The notes beneath the pieces are model-generated. The model was not told the DNA's origin. It saw only the letters and a program-made list of their open reading frames with translations, and did not search any database. The position numbers and the translations under genes are program-made. Of a DNA stretch of 36,670 nucleotides, positions 34,904-36,670 are shown piece by piece (the first letter of the stretch is position 1; each line of letters opens with the position of its first letter). Source of the DNA: Anseongella sp. (GTDB taxonomy: Bacteria > Bacteroidota > Bacteroidia > Sphingobacteriales > Sphingobacteriaceae); assembly GCA_036570465.1 (NCBI GenBank), contig DATCYD010000333.1, positions 1 to 36,670 of the forward strand, given 5' to 3'.

Positions 34904-36046
34904 ATGCCATTATTCGACGTATATCCATTATTTGACATTGAACCGGTGAAAGCCAGCGGCTCCTGGCTATGGGGCGCGGACGGGCGCCGGTACCTGGACC
35001 TTTACGGCGGGCACGCTGTTATTTCCATTGGACACAGCCATCCGCACTACGTGCAGAAGATCACAGGCCAACTCAACCGCATTGGCTTTTATTCCAATTC
35101 CGTGAAAATTCCCGGTCAACTGGAAGTGGCCGATAAACTGGGCGCCCTGAGCGGTTACCCTGATTATCCTCTTTTTCTGGTAAACTCCGGAGCCGAAGCC
35201 AATGAGAACGCTTTCAAACTGGCTTCTTTCCATACCGGAAGGAAAAAGATCATTAGCTTCAGCAAGGCCTTCCACGGTCGCACCTCTGCCGCTGTAGCCG
35301 CTACCGATAACCCGGCCATTGTCGCACCGCTGAACGAGAACGACCGTTTCGTATTTGTTCCCTTTAACGATAGCGCCGCCCTTGAAACGGCCGTGGACGG
35401 AGAAACCGCAGCCGTAATCATCGAAGGCATTCAGGGTGTCGGAGGCGTGCAGGTGCCCACTGCGGATTTCCTGAAGCACATCCGCCAACTTTGCGATCGG
35501 CACGGAGCGCTGATGATCCTGGATGAAGTGCAGTCAGGATACGGTCGCACAGGTGACTTTTTCGCTCATCAACAAGCCGGTGTACAGCCTGACATTATAA
35601 GCATGGCTAAAGGTATGGGCAATGGCTTTCCGGTTGGCGGCATCCTGATCCATCCTTCCATAGCGGCCAAACACGGCATGCTTGGCACCACCTTTGGCGG
35701 AAATCACCTGGCATGCGCTGCCGCTTCAGCCGTGCTGGATGTAATAAAAGATGAAGACCTTCTGACAAACGCGGCCAGGACCGGCAATTGGTTCATCAAC
35801 GAGCTATCGGCAAGGCCGGGTATCCGGGAGGTGCGCGGACGCGGGCTGATGATCGGTGCAGAACTTGAAATTCCCTGCGCGCCGGTGCGCAAAGCGCTGC
35901 TGGAAGAACATGGCATTTTTACCGGTTCTTCTTCTGATAAAAACACGATCCGGATTCTGCCCGCGTTGAACATTGGAGAGGAAGAAGCAGGCATATTCTT
36001 TGAAGCATTTGATAAAGTGATGAAAAAACAGAAATTTGAAGCATAA
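34904..36046 (+). CDS. argD: Acetyl/succinylornithine aminotransferase
   Basis: YLDLYGGHAV, NSGAEANE, FHGRT, ILDEVQSGYGRTG, MAKGMGNGFP. Confidence 0.95.
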   Translation: MPLFDVYPLFDIEPVKASGSWLWGADGRRYLDLYGGHAVISIGHSHPHYVQKITGQLNRIGFYSNSVKIPGQLEVADKLGALSGYPDYPLFLVNSGAEANENAFKLASFHTGRKKIISFSKAFHGRTSAAVAATDNPAIVAPLNENDRFVFVPFNDSAALETAVDGETAAVIIEGIQGVGGVQVPTADFLKHIRQLCDRHGALMILDEVQSGYGRTGDFFAHQQAGVQPDIISMAKGMGNGFPVGGILIHPSIAAKHGMLGTTFGGNHLACAAASAVLDVIKDEDLLTNAARTGNWFINELSARPGIREVRGRGLMIGAELEIPCAPVRKALLEEHGIFTGSSSDKNTIRILPALNIGEEEAGIFFEAFDKVMKKQKFEA

Positions 36047-36060
36047 ACCCAGTAAGCTAC

Positions 36061-36670
36061 ATGAAAAAATTTACTTCCGTTGGCGATGTAGAAGATCTGC
36101 CTTCCCTACTTTCCGAAGCCCTGAGGATTAAAAAGCAACCTTTTGCCAATAAAGAAAAAGGAGCGAATAAAACCCTGGGGTTGATCTTCCTGAATCCGAG
36201 CCTTCGTACCCGGCTGAGTACGCAGAAAGCTGGCATGAACCTGGGAATGAACGTGATTGTGATGAACATCGACAAGGAAGGCTGGGCGCTGGAATTCCAG
36301 GATGGCGCCGTGATGAACGGAAGCACCGTGGAGCATATTCGCGAGGCAGCCGGCGTCATGGGTCAGTATTGCGATGTGTTGGGCCTCCGTAGTTTTCCAG
36401 GTCTGGTAAACCGGGAAGAAGATTATCACGAAGAAATTCTGAACAAATTCATCAATTATTGCAGGGTTCCGGTGGTTTCAATGGAAAGTGCCACTCTGCA
36501 TCCCTTGCAAAGTTTCGCCGATCTGATCACGATCGAAGAGAACAAAACCCGGAAACATCCGAAAGTAGTGCTTGCCTGGGCGCCGCATGTGCGCTCGTTG
36601 CCGCAAGCGGTGCCCAATTCTTTTTCAGAATGGATGTGCCGGGCGCAAAAGGAGGTAGGACTGGACTTTG
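36061..36670 (+). CDS. argF: N-acylornithine carbamoyltransferase ArgF' (partial, runs off the window end)
   Basis: Open frame from ATG 36061: MKKFTSV...FLNPSLRTRLS...MNGSTVEHIREAA...SATLHPLQ...WAPH. SLRT and HPLQ are typical of AOTCase/SOTCase. Not in the ORF track. Confidence 0.93.
   Translation, partial: MKKFTSVGDVEDLPSLLSEALRIKKQPFANKEKGANKTLGLIFLNPSLRTRLSTQKAGMNLGMNVIVMNIDKEGWALEFQDGAVMNGSTVEHIREAAGVMGQYCDVLGLRSFPGLVNREEDYHEEILNKFINYCRVPVVSMESATLHPLQSFADLITIEENKTRKHPKVVLAWAPHVRSLPQAVPNSFSEWMCRAQKEVGLDF

Noticed and set aside
1-36670. Prophage, IS element, integron, tRNA or rRNA
   Set aside because: No integrase, transposase or phage motifs in any ORF, and no cloverleaf or rRNA-like sequence in the short intergenic gaps.

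Overview
Core chromosomal region of a Bacteroidota bacterium, probably Sphingobacteriales-like (inferred from gene content, TAnnTTTG promoter elements and the lack of clear Shine-Dalgarno motifs). Gene order: trmB 3' end, alkyltransferase-like gene, tag, polA, fumC, AAA_14/DUF4143 ATPase, LMW-PTP, hisS, a His-rich TonB-dependent receptor behind a small HxH/CxxC/RAPP ORF, META lipoprotein, DUF2007, TerC, aspS, ssb, mutY, hup, TPR protein, a 29-aa bS22-like ORF missing from the ORF track, rne/rng, radA, DUF456, groES-like, carB, NadR-type kinase, a TPP riboswitch with a TonB receptor and a degenerate thiE, an M28 pseudo-peptidase, and an arginine/proline operon (GNAT, argG, argC, proC, argD, argF'). 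I saw no integrase, transposase, tRNA, rRNA or CRISPR array. The best candidates for something new are two putative ribosome-mediated regulators: a 16-codon Arg/Pro-rich leader peptide (MKKHVFTYLIRPFPRR) with hairpins ahead of the arg/pro operon, and a metal-motif RAPP arrest-type uORF ahead of the His-rich receptor. Also notable: a TPP aptamer with a ~39-nt J2/4 insertion, two probable pseudoenzymes, a 101-bp nested palindrome, and 21-bp direct repeats at the ATPase promoter. All calls are by eye from sequence motifs; no searches were run.
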